A stretch of DNA of 52,470 nt. Origin: Octopus bimaculoides (lineage: Eukaryota). Both the position numbers and the translations under genes were made by a program. The DNA lies in NCBI RefSeq assembly GCF_001194135.2, contig NC_068983.1, positions 5,440,840 through 5,493,309 on the forward strand. The letters are read 5' to 3'. This document shows positions 1-12,085 of the stretch, piece after piece; within the stretch, counting starts at the first letter, position 1; each line of letters starts with the position of its first letter. Below the pieces are notes generated by a model, which worked only from the letters and a program-made list of their open reading frames with translations, made no database searches and was not told the DNA's origin.

Positions 1-61
1 TATGTATGTATGTATGTATGTATGTATGTATGCATATATGTATGTGTATATGCTTGTATGC

Positions 62-228
62 ATGTAATGTTAACTTGCGACTGCCTGGACTTCCGTTCAC
101 GGAGGCTGTAGATCTGACGCTTAACCAGCGTGATGCCATCATTCAAAAGCTACCATAAAGCGAGGAAGCGCATTGGAACCAGCGGTGTATAACAACCCTT
201 AGTCTGCTTGATGCAGTGATGCAATAAT
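62..228 (+). mobile_element. Unclassified dispersed repeat remnant, possibly a LINE 3' end; its last ~65 bp are shared with 38008-38075
   Basis: ggaagcgcattggaaccagcggtgtataacaacccttagtctgcttgatgcagtgat aligns by eye to ggaagcgcattgtgatcatcggtgtatcgcaacatccgatagtctcattgatgcagtgat at ~38008. Confidence 0.35.
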
Positions 229-1193
229 TCAGTAATATATACATGCTTACATATATACACACATACATACAAACATCTAAACACACACACATACACATAC
301 ACATGCATATATAGGCACATTTACATATATGTATAATTCACACTAGCTTTGATTCGCTTGAGATTTATTAGTGGTCTTTGCTTATAGTTTATATCGAATT
401 AATGACCTGCCAACATCCCCCGCCATCGCTTCTGTATCTCTTCCCATCCCATCCCATCCCGCTTCAAAATAAAAAAAATAACAAAAACAAAAACATCGAT
501 AAACAAATCATTAAAAATATACAAACAGCATGAAAGGGATAAGAAACACACCCCCATCACACCTTAAGAAGACAAAACAAAACAAACAGAAACAAACAAA
601 CAAAAGGATAAAATTACAACAAAAGCATTAACAAAGCAGGAAAAAAGCATGGAAAAAAGAAATATAGCACTGAATCCATCCATCCATCCATCCAGTCATC
701 CATCCATCCATACAAATATACATATATTNNNNNNNNNNNNNNNNNNNNNNNNNNNNNNNNNNNNNNNNNNNNNNNNNNNNNNNNNNNNNNNNNNNNNNNN
801 NNNNNNNNNNNNNNNNNNNNNNNNNNNNNNNNNNNNNNNNNNNNNNNNNNNNNNNNNNNNNNNNNNNNNNNNNNNNNNNNNNNNNNNNNNNNNNNNNNNN
901 NNNNNNNNNNNNNNNNNNNNNNNNNNNNNNNNNNNNNNNNNNNNNNNNNNNNNNNNNNNNNNNNNNNNNNNNNNNNNNNNNNNNNNNNNNNNNNNNNNNN
1001 NNNNNNNNNNNNNNNNNNNNNNNNNNNNNNNNNNNNNNNNNNNNNNNNNNNNNNNNNNNNNNNNNNNNNNNNNNNNNNNNNNNNNNNNNNNNNNNNNNNN
1101 NNNNNNNNNNNNNNNNNNNNNNNNNNNNNNNNNNNNNNNNNNNNNNNNNNNNNNNNNNNNNNNNNNNNNNNNNNNNNNNNNNNNNNNNNNNNN

Positions 1194-1224
<31 letters not shown>

Positions 1225-1999
1225 CATACATATGTAACTGCATATATATATATATATATAGATATATATACATACATATATATATACATACATATGTAAC
1301 TGCATATGAGGATATATATATATAATTTATATATATATACATGCATATATATGTGTGTATGTATATATATGTACATATGTATAAATATAAATATAAGTAT
1401 ATATATGTGTGTGTGTGCGTATAGATACACACGCATACACCCACATACATACATATATATTATATTTATAATATACATATATATATAATATCCATATCAA
1501 ACGAACTATAAAAAACAAAACCATGGCAAAAACACATGAGTTGTGTCCCCAAAGCGTTAAGGGAAATTTGAAACAAAGTAACATATTCTTCTTCAATTTC
1601 CGTTTTTTAGATTCTTTGTTTTCTACTCTTCGTCATTGTATTCCATTCGTCTTGTACTATGCTTTGCTTTTTTTCTTCTTTCCTCTCTGTCTTACTAAAG
1701 TTTCCCCATCATTTTTAATTTCTCGTCCTGCCTGAGACAAATGCATATTTCATTTCATAATGGTGCTTAGTCGTCACTTTGTAATGTCAATGAAAAGGAT
1801 TATAATGTTTGACTCAAGACAGTTTTCGAGCTGCACGTCTCATATATTTCTCAAACGACAACGCTATTTCCTTTTACTAACTAGTAATGGAGACGACACG
1901 GCTGCCGTACTGCCGTATTGGAGAGTCAACCGGAAGTTTGAGATTTTATTATTTGTTAGATATATATCCGTTTGCCAATGACGTCTTCTCGAGTTGTTT

Positions 2000-2031
<32 letters not shown>

Positions 2032-2273
2032 TGTATGTATGTATGTATGTATGTGTAAATATGTGTGTCTATACATGTGTGTATGTATATGTATGGTGTG
2101 TGTGTATGTATATATGTACATGTGTATATAAATATTTATAAGCATGTATATATATATATATATATANNNNNNNNNNNNNNNNNNNNNNNNNNNNNNNNNN
2201 NNNNNNNNNNNNNNNNNNNNNNNTATGTATGTATGTATTTAGGCTTCTGAATGTGTGTTTGTGTGTGTGTATG

Positions 2274-2326
<53 letters not shown>

Positions 2327-2586
2327 GTGTATTTGCATGCATATATGTATATGAATGTAGGCATATATATATATATACATATATATACATGTGTGTATGT
2401 GTGTGTATTTGTGTACATATAGATATGTCTGTGTGTATGCATGTACACATGTGTGTGCAAAGGTTTTCACGCGCATATACGTATCTGTATGCATATGTAC
2501 GCATATAATTATGCATGTATATATATTTTGCCCAATGACGCGATATATAAATCTGCAGGACAGGAGCTGAAACTGTGGTATTAATT

Positions 2587-2644
2587 GTAGTAGTAGTAGT
2601 AGTAGTGGTAGTGGTGGTGGTGGTGGTGGTGGTGGTGGTTGTGA

Positions 2645-2707
<63 letters not shown>

Positions 2708-2776
2708 TTATGAAAACCTCAATAGCGTCGACGGAGGTGGTGATATTTTGGTTTGGTAAAGAAACAATGTAACGAA

Positions 2777-2823
<47 letters not shown>

Positions 2824-2848
2824 AGAAGAAGAAGAAGAAGAAGAAGAG
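2587..2848. repeat. Compound microsatellite (GTA)n/(GTG)n, then (GA)n and (GAA)n
   Basis: Directly visible simple repeats, followed by a purine-rich tract to ~3300. Confidence 0.95.
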
Positions 2849-3816
2849 CAAAAGACAAGTAAAGATAATAAACTAATACTGAGGAAGGAGGGGGAGAAAG
2901 TGAAGAGAGAGAGACAGCGAGAGAAAGAGAGGGAGAGAGGGAGGCAGAGAGAGAGAGAGTGGGGAAAGGAGAAAAAGGGAGTGGGGAAGCAAGAAAGGAG
3001 GGAGAGAAAAGAGAAAGAGTTGGAGAGAAAGAGAGAGAGAGGTAAGGCGAGAGAAGGGGAGATGGTAATTATAAGAAGTGTGTTGGTGTGGGGGTTGTTC
3101 GAGTGATTTGAGGAATGAGATTGTTTTATGGTGTTGAAGACATGGAGATAAATATAGACATAGATGGAGAGATAAGAAGAGAAAGAAAGAAAGGAGGAGT
3201 GAAAGGGGGAGAGAGTAAAAAACAGGAAAGAGAGGGACAAAGAAGGAGAAAGAAAGATAGGAATAGAGAGGGAAGGGGCGAGATCTAGAAAGAAGATATT
3301 GTGTCTGATATAAATATATATATTTTCTCTCCTTGTCTCTTTCTGTGTTTCTTTCTGTTGAAGAGCGTAGNNNNNNNNNNNNNNNNNNNNNNNNNNNNNN
3401 NNNNNNNNNNNNNNNNNNNNNNNNNNNNNNNNNNNNNNNNNNNNNNNNNNNNNNNNNNNNNNNNNNNNNNNNNNNNNNNNNNNNNNNNNNNNNNNNNNNN
3501 NNNNNNNNNNNNNNNNNNNNNNNNNNNNNNNNNNNNNNNNNNNNNNNNNNNNNNNNNNNNNNNNNNNNNNNNNNNNNNNNNNNNNNNNNNNNNNNNNNNN
3601 NNNNNNNNNNNNNNNNNNNNNNNNNNNNNNNNNNNNNNNNNNNNNNNNNNNNNNNNNNNNNNNNNNNNNNNNNNNNNNNNNNNNNNNNNNNNNNNNNNNN
3701 NNNNNNNNNNNNNNNNNNNNNNNNNNNNNNNNNNNNNNNNNNNNNNNNNNNNNNNNNNNNNNNNNNNNNNNNNNNNNNNNNNNNNNNNNNNNNNNNNNNN
3801 NNNNNNNNNNNNNNNG

Positions 3817-3861
<45 letters not shown>

Positions 3862-4055
3862 AGGAAGCAAGGAAAAGATGGCATGGGTATTGAATAACGG
3901 ATATGTGAGTTGGCGGAAAACGTTAATCGTGAAAAAATTACGATGGTTTATGGCTGTCAGTGTTCGTATTGTGGTGAGTAACGAAGTGTATGTGTGTATG
4001 TGTGTGTGTTTGTGTGTGTGTGTATGTATCTATGTATATGTGTGTATATGTATAC

Positions 4056-5059
4056 CAGGCACGTGCCGTCGGTAATTACTCAGGGTAGACAGGTGGTGAT
4101 CTTTATGTAGTAAACTATTGTCAAAAGATTTGTCAGCATATAAATGGATAAAACTATTTCATAAGTTTACTTATCGATTATATTGACCTATTTGTATTGG
4201 AAATCCATTCTTCTCTCTTTGTAACAAAACTTTCAGTCACTTTTTCATAGAAATTGGAAGTAGGGACTTGGTCCATTTTGTGAAGTCTTTCCTTTTCAAT
4301 GGATATAAAAGCAAATAACGAAAGTCTTCGATTTGTCTTTCTGTTCCTAGTGTAGCTCTTAATTCTTTTCAAAGCAGAAAACGACCTCTCCACAGAAACA
4401 GCTGCAGCAGGAACTGTCAAGATTAATTGCAGCAACTTCCCAGCTTCGTGGGACGTTTTGGGTCAGTTTATTTTCAATTATAAAATCAAGCAAAATTTTA
4501 ACGGATTTATCTCGAAACACTTATGCATTGTAAATTCCAGCTAAATCCGCTTTCAGTGTTTATGATGTCGGAAAAGTTTCCATAGTTCTTTTCTAAACTT
4601 TCAAATGCATCCTTATCAACTTGGCAAGAAAGATCTTGAAATTTATTTTCATGAACTAATGAAATGAGCTTTAAGTTTTTGAGATCAGAAAATTTTGCTT
4701 TCATGTTCTTCAGTATGTCCCCCAACAGTAAACCATATTTTCCCATTCTTTCTTCTTTAACTGAACTTTTCTTATGAGCTTTTGATTTAGTTAAGTTATT
4801 TTCTTATTTCTTTACTGCCCACAAGGGGCTACACACAGAGGGGACAAACAAGGACAAACAAAGGGAATAAGTCGATGATATCGATCCCAGTGCGTAACTG
4901 GTACTTAATTTATCGCCCCCCGAAAGGATAAAAGGCAAAGTCGGCCTCGGCGAAATTTGAACGTAAAGACAGATGAAATAACGCTAAGCATTTCGCCCGG
5001 CGTACTAACGTTTCTGTCCAGCTCGCCGCCTTTTCTTGCTTGTTCATGTTTGGATTGAC

Positions 5060-5065
<6 letters not shown>
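4056..5065 (-). mobile_element. Decayed hAT DNA transposon 3' part (C-terminal dimerisation domain), interrupted by a SINE at 4801-5030
   Basis: Minus-strand translation LLQLILTVPAAAVSVERSFSALKRIKSYTRNRKTNRRLS matches the hAT dimerisation motif (xERSFSxLKxIK). Upstream frame GDILKNMKAKFSDL is consistent. Candidate terminal repeat CAGGCACGTGCCGTC at 4056. Confidence 0.85.
4801..5030 (-). mobile_element. tRNA-head SINE, type A2 monomer
   Basis: A-box-like TGG.CAGAAACGTTAG head, central gccttttatcctttcggg..cgataaattaagtaccagttacgca module, tail ...ccccttgtgggcagtaaagaaataagaa. Candidate 7-bp TSD ttttctt (4799-4805, 5031-5037). Confidence 0.85.
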
Positions 5066-5090
<25 letters not shown>

Positions 5091-5124
5091 NNNNNNNNNN
5101 NNNNNNNNNNNNNNNNNNNNNNNG

Positions 5125-5157
<33 letters not shown>

Positions 5158-5221
5158 ATGTATATTTACAAATATATTTACAGTGTGATACGAGGAAAGA
5201 TACGACTGCTATTTCTTGCAG

Positions 5222-5268
5222 ACCGAGTACCATATTATCGTTTATTTCGTTGGTTCGTCTCAACAAAA
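5222..5268 (+). CDS. Weak candidate internal exon (xRVPYYRLFRWFVSTK), unidentified
   Basis: Acceptor ctatttcttgcAG, donor AAA|GTGAAT, open frame of phase 1 to 0 in unique sequence. Protein not recognised. Confidence 0.15.
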
Positions 5269-5631
5269 GTGAATATGAATAAAGTGAACATAGTTTTACG
5301 AACATTTGCAAACAAACGAACCGAGTGTCAAACCGGAAGCTATCATGAAATATCGCCGCCATTTTCTTTCTCTTTTTTTCTTACTAGTTCATGTACTCGT
5401 CTTTAACTTAAGCTATACCTCATAAAAAATCAATATGTTCTTAAGGATCAATTGTATCAATATGACATTGCTATGGCTCGCTGTGTTTCTGAACAATTAA
5501 TCTTATTTCTTTTGCTCGTTCTTTTTATATTTGAAGTTAACAACATATAAGTAATTACCTGTATGTGTATATAATTGAATGCATACATACATACTTATAT
5601 ATATAAATATATATATATATATATACACATA

Positions 5632-5663
<32 letters not shown>

Positions 5664-6862
5664 CATATATATGTATATATATACCTGCATGTGTGTGTAT
5701 ATACATATATTTATGTACGTATATCTACGTATGTATGGATGTATATATATATATATGTATATACATATATATATATATATGTATGTATATATATATACAT
5801 ATATATATATATAATATATATACATGTATATATATGTGCAAATATATACATCTACACACGCATATCTGAAAAAATGCATATGTATAGATACATACATACA
5901 TACATACNNNNNNNNNNNNNNNNNNNNNNNNNNNNNNNNNNNNNNNNNNNNNNNNNNNNNNNNNNNNNNNNNNNNNNNNNNNNNNNNNNNNNNNNNNNNN
6001 NNNNNNNNNNNNNNNNNNNNNNNNNNNNNNNNNNNNNNNNNNNNNNNNNNNNNNNNNNNNNNNNNNNNNNNNNNNNNNNNNNNNNNNNNNNNNNNNNNNN
6101 NNNNNNNNNNNNNNNNNNNNNNNNNNNNNNNNNNNNNNNNNNNNNNNNNNNNNNNNNNNNNNNNNNNNNNNNNNNNNNNNNNNNNNNNNNNNNNNNNNNN
6201 NNNNNNNNNNNNNNNNNNNNNNNNNNNNNNNNNNNNNNNNNNNNNNNNNNNNNNNNNNNNNNNNNNNNNNNNNNNNNNNNNNNNNATATATATATATACA
6301 AATACTCACGTATGCATATACGTGCACATACGTAAGCATGCATACATACACAGTTATATTTTTTGGGTCTTTTCACTCGGAAGTGCGTTTTATTAGCTCT
6401 TTTATACCCAGTGAACACACACACACATAATTATGTATAAATATGTATGTGTATATATATATATATATACATATTATTTTTTCTCTTCTACTTCTTTAAG
6501 TTATTACCAATGCTTGCACTTTGCTTTCTCGTCTTTTGATGTTTTCCTTTTTAAGCTGATTTTCATTGCCACATTGTTTTTCTTTCTTTTTATATTTGTT
6601 TTGCTTCTTTCTCGTTGGTCAACTTCTATATAATCTAATCTACCACAATCAAATTGATTGCAGTCTTTGTGTGCAGCTGCAACGGGGCTATTGTGATATT
6701 AACGCTTTAATACGTCCTGCGTCAACCTCGTCCCCTCTTTAAACAAAACAGAAAGTTACCAGCAGAAATAATCTTAAAAAAATACAAGAAAGTGTTAACA
6801 TACACACATACAAATACACACATACGAACGCACTCGCACACGTACATACACAGATGTATAAA

Positions 6863-6913
<51 letters not shown>

Positions 6914-7366
6914 GTATATGTATATATATATATGTACATATATCTATATCTATATCTATATCTATATATATANNNNNNNNNNNNNNNNNNNNNNNNNNNN
7001 NNNNNNNNNNNNNNNNNNNNNNNNNNNNNNNNNNNNNNNNNNNNNNNNNNNNNNNNNNNNNNNNNNNNNNNNNNNNNNNNNNNNNNNNNNNNNNNNNNNN
7101 NNNNNNNNNNNNNNNNNNNNNNNNNNNNNNNNNNNNNNNNNNNNNNNNNNNNNNNNNNNNNNNNNNNNNNNNNNNNNNNNNNNNNNNNNNNNNNNNNNNN
7201 NNNNNNNNNNNNNNNNNNNNNNNNNNNNNNNNNNNNNNNNNNNNNNNNNNNNNNNNNNNNNNNNNNNNNNNNNNNNNNNNNNNNNNNNNNNNNNNNNNNN
7301 NNNNNNNNNNNNNNNNNNNNNNNNNNNNNNNNNNNNNNNNNNNNNNNNNNNNNNNNNNNNNNNNNN

Positions 7367-7404
<38 letters not shown>

Positions 7405-7679
7405 TTTACATATATACACACAAACGTACACATTCTCACGCGCACACAGATACACATAGGCACACACACATATATAGATATATACATGTATATATGCAAA
7501 CATATACTCACATAGATACAAGTACACACGCACAAATATATATATACATGTATAAATATACACACACATATAAAGAGAAAAACGCAAGTAAACCTCAAAA
7601 GAAATTAATCTACAATGAAAATCTCTCGCCGTTGCCTCTGCTTATTCTGATCATAGAACTTGTGATACCATAATTTCGA

Positions 7680-7860
7680 CTGACCGACAAACGCATCAAC
7701 CAGCCTATGAACCAATCCACCAGCCTATGAACCAATCCACCAGCTTACCCAACTACCCAACCAACAAGCCAACGAACGATCCGTCCAACCAAACTATAGA
7801 AGGAAGGAAACAAGCAAGTAACCGGCCCACAAGCCAACCAACTAAACAACGAATCCACTG
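7680..7860. repeat. Degenerate (CCAA)n-derived tract containing a 20-bp tandem duplication
   Basis: cagcctatgaaccaatccac occurs twice in tandem from ~7701. Confidence 0.8.
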
Positions 7861-7910
7861 GCCGGCTAAATAAGAATAATAATCCTGTTTATTATAGGTA
7901 CAAGGTTTGA

Positions 7911-8285
7911 GTGGAGGCGCAATGGCCCAGTGGACTCGCGTTCATAGGATCGCGGTTTCGATTCCCAGACCGGGCGTTGTGAGTGTTTATTGAGTGAAAA
8001 CACCTAAAGCTTCCCGAGGCTCTGACAAGGGGATGGTGGCGAACCCTGCTGTACTCTTTCACCACAACTTTCTCTCACTCTTTCTTCCTGTTTCTGTTGT
8101 GCCTGTAATTCAAAGGGTCAGCCCTGTCACACACTGTGTCAAGCTGAATATCCCCGAGAACTACGTTAAGGGTACACGTCTCTGTGGAGTGCTCAGCCAT
8201 TTGCACGTTAATTTCACGAATCAGGCTGTTCCGTTGATCGGATCAACTGTAACCCTCGACGTCGTAAGCGACGGAGAGCCAACAA
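7911..8285 (+). mobile_element. tRNA-head SINE type C, near full length, nested in a minus-strand SINE-A
   Basis: Head with B box ggtttcgattccc; body and 3' tail (...ctgttccgttgatcggatcaactg...gacggagagccaacaa) closely match 13942-14287. Candidate 11-bp TSD acaaggtttga (7900-7910) / acaagggttga (8282-8292). Confidence 0.9.
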
Positions 8286-8291
8286 GGGTTG

Positions 8292-8505
8292 AAATCAGAA
8301 CGTAAAGATGGACGAAATGCTGTTAAGCATTTTGTCTGATGTGCTAACGATTGTGCCAACTCACCGCTTTCATCTTAATAGTCAAAATAATTCTTTCTAC
8401 TATAGGCACAAGGCTTGAAATTTAGGTGGGAGGGGACTAGTCGACTTCATCGAGCCCAATGTTTCACTGATACTTAATTTATCAACTCCGAAAGGATGAA
8501 AGGAA
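8292..8505 (-). mobile_element. Two partial SINE-A copies (head at 8292-8378; central module and tail at ~8390-8505)
   Basis: Reverse complements match the SINE-A head (ttggcacaatcgttagcac...ctttacgttctga) and the ccttt catcctttcggagttgataaattaagta module. Confidence 0.75.
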
Positions 8506-8705
8506 CCGGTAGCTTACCCTGGTAGCACTATCGGTTTCTGAAAGCTATCCGCATATTTGTAGCCTTGCGCCGCAAATATATTAGAAATCAATATATGTAA
8601 TAGCAACGACAGTAGTAGTATTAATAGTAGTAGTAGTAGCAGTGGTTTTTGTAGAAATGGTATGAATATGAACCGAGTAACGTACTAGAAAGTAAGAAAT
8701 ATAAG

Positions 8706-9385
8706 ATGTGAGAATTTAACTTTCAGACGGACAGAGTGATAGAAACTGGAAGGCCTGATTTAGTGGCTGTAGACAAAGACAATAGAAATGGCCAGATAAT
8801 TAGCCTTACAATCCAAACTGATGAGAAAGTCAATGTGAGGGGTAGAGGGAAAATAGTAAGGGAAGACGGTGGGCTGGCAGAAACGTTAGCACGCCGGGCG
8901 AAGTGCTTAGCGGTAGTTCGTCTGCCGCTACGTTCTGAGTTCAAATTCCACCGAGGTCGACTTTGCCTTTTATCCTTTCGGGGTCGATAAATTAAGTACC
9001 AGTTGTCTACTGAGTTCGATCTAATCGACTGGCCCCCTCCCACCAAATTTCGGGCCTTGTGCCTAGAGCAGAAAAGAAAAATAGTAAGGGACCAGACCTT
9101 AGCCATTGAGTTACAGCGACTACGGAAAGTGCAGGTAAAATGTATCCCATTAGTTATAGGTGTATTAGGAACTATCCCTAAAGATCTGAACAGATGGATA
9201 GAAGAAATTGGCATAAAACCTAGTTTAGTACAGCTCCAGAAAACAGTGTTATTAGGGACAGCTAGGATACGTAGGAGGGTTCTTGGCATCTAACGCAACT
9301 TGATGTAGCCCGATGTTAGGATTCTTTTCTTTTCAAACAGTCTGATCTGTTGAGTGTATATGAAATAATGATGCTAATAATAAGT
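8706..9385 (+). mobile_element. R4/Dong-type non-LTR retrotransposon 3' remnant (restriction-like endonuclease domain, 3' UTR, degenerate AAT tail)
   Basis: After removing the SINE at 8864-9077 the frame reads FNFQTDRVIETGRPDLVAVDK...IELQRLRKVQVKCIPLVIGVLGTIPK...LQKTVLLGTARIRRRVLGI*, with the RPD catalytic motif and C-terminus typical of RLE LINEs. Confidence 0.85.
8864..9077 (+). mobile_element. SINE type A1 monomer, full length, with 14-bp TSD
   Basis: A box tggcagaaacgttag, B box gagttcaaattcc, tail gggccttgtgcctagagcagaaaag. Perfect TSD aaaatagtaaggga at 8850-8863 and 9078-9091. Confidence 0.92.
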
Positions 9386-9689
9386 TAAAGAAGTGATTTT
9401 GAGAGTTTGAGAATTTAGAATTTAAAATCACTTCTTTAACTTTCTAAGACATCTCAACGCTTCTAAAAGCAAACTTCGTTTGTTTGTTTACGTTCATCGC
9501 AATTTGAATTTAACAGATGATCATAATAATTTAGGTACAAGGTTAACTGTTCTTAAGTACTTGAATCGATTACATCGACGCCTGTACTTAAAGTACCAGT
9601 CAAATACTAGGATCGGTGATATAGTTCTAATCTCATCCGCTCAAAACTACTGGTTTTGTGCCGATACAAAGGAAACTATTTGAGTTGAA

Positions 9690-10045
9690 ATCACACCGAG
9701 GCTAACTTTGTCTTTCATTCTTTCGGGGTTGGCGGAGTCAATAAATGACGTACTGGGGTTGATATTATCGACTAACCATCTCCTTCCAGAACTGCTAGTC
9801 CTGTGTTAAATTCTAAATGATTTCTATTAATCTGGGAGGCGCAGGCGGCGAGCTGGCAGAATCGTTAACACAACCGGCATTCCGTCCGTCGTTACGTTCT
9901 GAGTTCAAATTCCGCCATGGTCGACTTTGTCGTTCATCCTTTCGGAGGTCGAAGAAACAAGTACCAACTGAACACTGGGGTCGTGTAACCGACTAGCCCC
10001 CATCCTCCCAAAATTGCAGGCCTTTAATTCTATAGTAAATAGAAT
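9690..10045 (+). mobile_element. Two degenerate SINE-A copies in tandem (~9690-9830 partial; ~9844-10045 near complete)
   Basis: ggcggcgagctggcagaatcgtta...gttctgagttcaaattccgccatggtcgactttg matches the other A copies. Confidence 0.75.
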
Positions 10046-10107
10046 TTGGGCGGTGTGTGTAAAAGATAAAAGAAGTTAAAGAAAAGAGAAAGTATCATTA
10101 AATGTCA

Positions 10108-10420
10108 ATGAGTTGGCAGAATGGTTTAAAGAGCTGAAAGAATATCTTGTGGCACTAGCGTAGCTGTGGTGGTGGAGGTAGGGGCGGCACTTTTGGGTCT
10201 GCTGTAGGCAATATGTGTCTTTTTGTGGGGTCCGGGGACGGCAAACGGAAGGGCCGCCCGCAAGGCACCAGCTCTAGCTACGCTAGTGCCTTGCGATATT
10301 TACTTCAGTCCTTTACGCTCGGAGTTCAAATCTCGCCGAGGTCAACAAAATTAATTACCAACAGTCACCACGCTCGAAGTCGATATAATCGCCAAACGCC
10401 TACCTATGTTAGAAATCAAT
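10108..10420 (+). mobile_element. Degenerate SINE-A split by a MITE
   Basis: gagttggcagaatggttt (A box) lies left of the MITE and ctttacgctcggagttcaaatctcgccgaggtc (B box) lies right of it. Confidence 0.7.
10153..10288. mobile_element. 136-bp hAT-type MITE
   Basis: Perfect inverted termini cactagcgtagct / agctacgctagtg; degenerate 8-bp flanking repeat tcttgtgg / ccttgcga (5 of 8 match). Confidence 0.7.
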
Positions 10421-10441
10421 AGATGTAATAGCAACAGGAGT

Positions 10442-10479
<38 letters not shown>

Positions 10480-10679
10480 TTAATAGTAGTAGTAGTAGCA
10501 GTGGTTTTTGTAGGAATAGTAGTGGTGGTGGTGGTGGTGGTGATAATGAAGAGAGTGATTAAAAATAGCCATTAACAAACAAAAAATAAAGAAAAGAAAC
10601 TACGAAACCAGCAACAAAAAGAATTAAAAAAACGTCATCAGTAATAAAAGCGGAAACTAGCAATGAAGTCCACCTACCA

Positions 10680-11890
10680 GCAACAATAACACCGATTTCG
10701 CAATCATCATCATCATCGTCATCATCATCATTGCCAATGTTGCCGCCGCCGTCGGTGTCATCATCAACATTATCATCGTCGGCGTCATCAATATCGTCAT
10801 TGCCATCATGATCATCAGCACCATTATCATCATCATCATCATCATCATCATCGTCATCGTCGTCGTAGTCGTCATCATAACACACTGCTTCCACCGCCGA
10901 CACCAACACCGCCACCATCGCCATGGCCATCACCGCCAACACTACCACCACCAGTACGACTACTACCACCATCACCCCTACCACCACCACCACCACCATC
11001 TCCATCACCATCACCGCAACCACCACCACCACCACCAAAACCACCACCACCACCATCACCATTACCGCAACCATCGTCGTGCCCATCACCGCCAACACTG
11101 CTATTNNNNNNNNNNNNNNNNNNNNNNNNNNCAACCACCACCACCACCACCACCACCACCGATCTGTGCTATTCTACAATTCCCACCATGGGCTTTACCC
11201 GCATCGCGATCAACTGTACATTTACTTGTTTTAATTCTTCTGCCGTTTTAAGTAGTGTCCAGAGGAATATTGCACCCCCACAAACCCACCACCACCACCA
11301 CCACCACCATCCCAAGCCCCACTGCCATCACTGTCACCAGCGCTACCACCACCATCTATACCCTCATTACCAACTACAATCTGTATTACTACCACCATCA
11401 TCATCATCATCATAATCTCAGCCACACCTATACCTATAAAAAGTACCAATCCTTAAACTGCATCTCCTCCCACTTTAAGTACTGCAAATACCATGGTTAC
11501 CATCAGGACCATCTTCAACACCACCACCACCACCACCACCACCACCACCACCACCACCACCACCGCCATCACCACTGGCATCTCCATCACCCCTACTATC
11601 AGCACCACCAGCATCTCCGTCACTGCCATCATCAACATCACCATCATCACCATCGTCACCGACACCAATATCACTATGACCACCATCACCACCACCACTG
11701 GCACCACCACCAACACCACCACCACTGCCACAGTAACACCACCAGCAACACAAGCGCCAACTCCCCAAAAACACCACCACCACAGCAACACCACCGTCAC
11801 AGACGTCACAACCATAACCACCACCACCACCACCACCACCACTACTAAAACTACTACCACCACCACCACCACCACCATCATAATCACCGT
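10680..11890. repeat. Long degenerate trinucleotide tract drifting between (ATC)n, (GTC)n and (ACC)n
   Basis: Directly visible; source of the spurious poly-His/Thr/Ile/Val ORFs. Confidence 0.9.
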
Positions 11891-11999
11891 CGTGGGCTGG
11901 TTCAGCTTTGCACCGTTGTCAGCCATTTTTTATCAGAACTCAAAAGACCTGCAACAAACGCCGCCAAGTATTATGTTCGATTCTCTCGCAGTTCCACCA

Positions 12000-12085
12000 A
12001 TCCAATGCTCTCGATCGGTACTTATTTTATCGACACCCGGAAGGATAAATAACCAAGCTGGTCTCGATGAGATTTGAACTCCAGT
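12000..12085 (-). mobile_element. Partial SINE-A central module
   Basis: ggtacttattttatcgacacccggaaggataaa...gagatttgaactc is the reverse complement of the A module and B box. Confidence 0.6.

Noticed and set aside
2531-2551. CCAAT/TGACG next to TATATAAA
   Set aside because: Spacing too short and the region is TA-repeat rich, so chance is likely
11255-12077. His-rich and Thr-rich ORFs resembling histidine-rich or mucin-like proteins
   Set aside because: All frames on both strands are low-complexity products of the (ACC/ATC)n tract; no splice or start context
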